Source: a virus
IMG/VR virus record: IMGVR_UViG_3300045988_157693
Coordinates: 1 to 42,546 of that record
Direction: 5' to 3' (one strand)
Length of the DNA: 42,546 bases
Shown: piece by piece, positions 41,112 to 42,546 of the stretch
Layout of the letters: the number at the start of each line of letters is the position of its first letter
How positions within the stretch are numbered: position 1 is the first letter of the stretch
Notes under the pieces: model-generated
The model's input: only the letters and a program-made list of their open reading frames with translations
Told to the model about the DNA's origin: nothing
Databases searched by the model: none
Position numbers and translations under genes: made by a program

Positions 41112-42546
41112 ATGAAGTCAAGAACAATGAAGTTTACGCTCGACTGCTCCAAAGTGGGTAATCAGTTATGCATAGATGGCATCAGACAGGGCGATGCCAA
41201 CTCTATTGTATTTATTATTTCACTTGCAAACGGCATCAATTTACTTGATGTTGTTGCAGGAAAAGAGGAATCCGTTGTTGTGACAATGTACGGCAAGAAA
41301 CCCGATGGCACAACAATTGTCCGTGATTGTGGAATTAACGAGGACGGTAACATCACATACACTATCCACACTCAGGACACAACTTGTGTCGGCATCGTCA
41401 GTTATCAGCTTGTTGTTACATCTACAAGAGAAAAAATACTTGCATCCCCTGTTTTCAGTACAATGGTTGAGGAACGAAATCTCTTCAAGACTTATACAGT
41501 ATTGACAGTACAGCCTGATGACTGGGCAGATGGTTACGATAAGTATTATTACTATGAAGATGGCAGATTTTACAAACTGAACCGTTTTGAGAGTGAGCTT
41601 GCTCCCAAATGGGTAATCAACAAGTATTACTCTGTCAATGACAATGAGGTTGAAAGCACATCAGATTTCGATGCCCTTGCATATGCTCTTCTCAGAGCAA
41701 AACAGTATTCGGACAAAAGCGAGGAATACCTTGCAGAAGTTAAGAAAAAAGCTGATAAAAGTACCACACTTGCAGGGTACGGTATCACAGATGCCTTACG
41801 AAACGCAAAAGGCACAGTAAGCACAAATAACCTTGCCGATAATTGCGTGTCCTCTAACAAGCTGTCAGCGGATGTTCGGGCAAACATTAACAGCAAAGCT
41901 GAATCAGCAAAAGTCAGTCAGCAGTTATCGCTCAAGGCAGATGTTTCATCCGTATATACTAAATCTGAATCTGATGCACTTCTTAAAGCCAAAGCAAACT
42001 CGGCAGATGTTGATGCATCTGTCAAAACAATCAACACAACAATTGCAAACAATCAGAAAAGTGTAAATGCAAGCCTTGAAAGCCTCAACACAGCATTAAC
42101 CAATAAAGCCGATACAGATGTTGTCAATGAGGTAAAACAGCATGCAGAGGCAAATACAACGGCAATAGGACTTAAAGTGAACCGTACCGACTTTAACAAC
42201 ACCGTGGCCAACCTCACAAGTAGCATTAACGAAAAGGCTGATAGCACAGATGTCAACGCATCCATCGCATCATTAACAAGTGTAGTATCAACAAAGTACG
42301 ATTCGTCAAATATCGAACTTGGTACATCAACGCTTACACCGTACTCAACTTTGATTGATAAAATAAAATCTGCAACTTGCCTTTATGAAAAAATTGGCGA
42401 TATCGTTATTGTAAATGTCACCGTCATTATGAACGCAACAACTTTAAGCGGAACATCTGCAATATCTTTGCTCAATATGCCGTTTCCAAACAAATCGGAT
42501 GTGATTGTTCATGATATCGGCATAAGCAAAAACGGCGGTATGTTCA
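41112..42546 (+). CDS. BppU-like baseplate/tail-fibre protein (runs off the window end and continues at 100..209)
   Basis: GAGGTG RBS. The N-terminus MKFTLDCSKVGNQLCIDGIRQGDANS is BppU-N-like. The fibre motif TLAGYGITDA is at about 41765-41794. Long serial A/S/T/N-rich coiled-coil repeats. No stop before the window end. Confidence 0.85.
   Translation, partial: MKSRTMKFTLDCSKVGNQLCIDGIRQGDANSIVFIISLANGINLLDVVAGKEESVVVTMYGKKPDGTTIVRDCGINEDGNITYTIHTQDTTCVGIVSYQLVVTSTREKILASPVFSTMVEERNLFKTYTVLTVQPDDWADGYDKYYYYEDGRFYKLNRFESELAPKWVINKYYSVNDNEVESTSDFDALAYALLRAKQYSDKSEEYLAEVKKKADKSTTLAGYGITDALRNAKGTVSTNNLADNCVSSNKLSADVRANINSKAESAKVSQQLSLKADVSSVYTKSESDALLKAKANSADVDASVKTINTTIANNQKSVNASLESLNTALTNKADTDVVNEVKQHAEANTTAIGLKVNRTDFNNTVANLTSSINEKADSTDVNASIASLTSVVSTKYDSSNIELGTSTLTPYSTLIDKIKSATCLYEKIGDIVIVNVTVIMNATTLSGTSAISLLNMPFPNKSDVIVHDIGISKNGGMF
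42448..42546. repeat. Terminal overlap copy B (identical to 1-99)
   Basis: Exact repeat of the first 99 nt. It lies inside the open reading frame that starts at 41112. Confidence 0.95.

Larger units (their letters stand above)
1..42546. mobile_element. Complete temperate phage genome on a self-overlapping (circular) contig
   Basis: Integrase, repressor, replication, lysis, packaging, head and tail modules are all present. There is an exact 99-nt overlap between the two contig ends. Confidence 0.9.

Overview
The window is a complete, self-overlapping (circular) temperate phage genome of about 42.45 kb. Bases 1-99 recur exactly at 42448-42546, and the last gene wraps into the first 209 nt.

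Gene order:
- Tail-fibre C-terminus.
- attP-like gap, then a tyrosine integrase and an XRE repressor on the minus strand, with back-to-back consensus promoters.
- Rightward early/replication region: Gp157-like, ERF annealase, SSB, replisome organiser with internal iterons, DUF1064, many tiny zinc-ribbon proteins (including Lar-like ones), a DNA methyltransferase split at a G7 run, and dUTPase.
- A strong terminator followed by a structured non-coding gap of about 360 nt.
- Lysis cassette with a phiLC3-type holin and a GH25 endolysin.
- A leftward accessory island of 8 small genes (HTH, Lar-like, J-domain protein).
- terS, terL, portal, phage-encoded Prp protease, scaffold and capsid.
- A podovirus-like tail module with no recognisable tube or tape-measure gene. 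It contains a 3251-aa polyvalent-type giant protein and a BppU-like fibre.

The most interesting signal lies between the endolysin and the accessory island. A perfect sigma70 consensus promoter drives a solitary Cas12a (type V-A) CRISPR repeat, with no cas genes and no array. It sits convergent to an acr-aca-like operon, so it is a candidate RNA anti-CRISPR or hijacking mini-array.

The host is probably a Gram-positive Bacillota member, judged from the GH25 plus PG-binding endolysin, the L27-like Prp cleavage motifs and AGGAG-type RBSs.

All functional calls come from motif-level reading of the translations. No database search was run.
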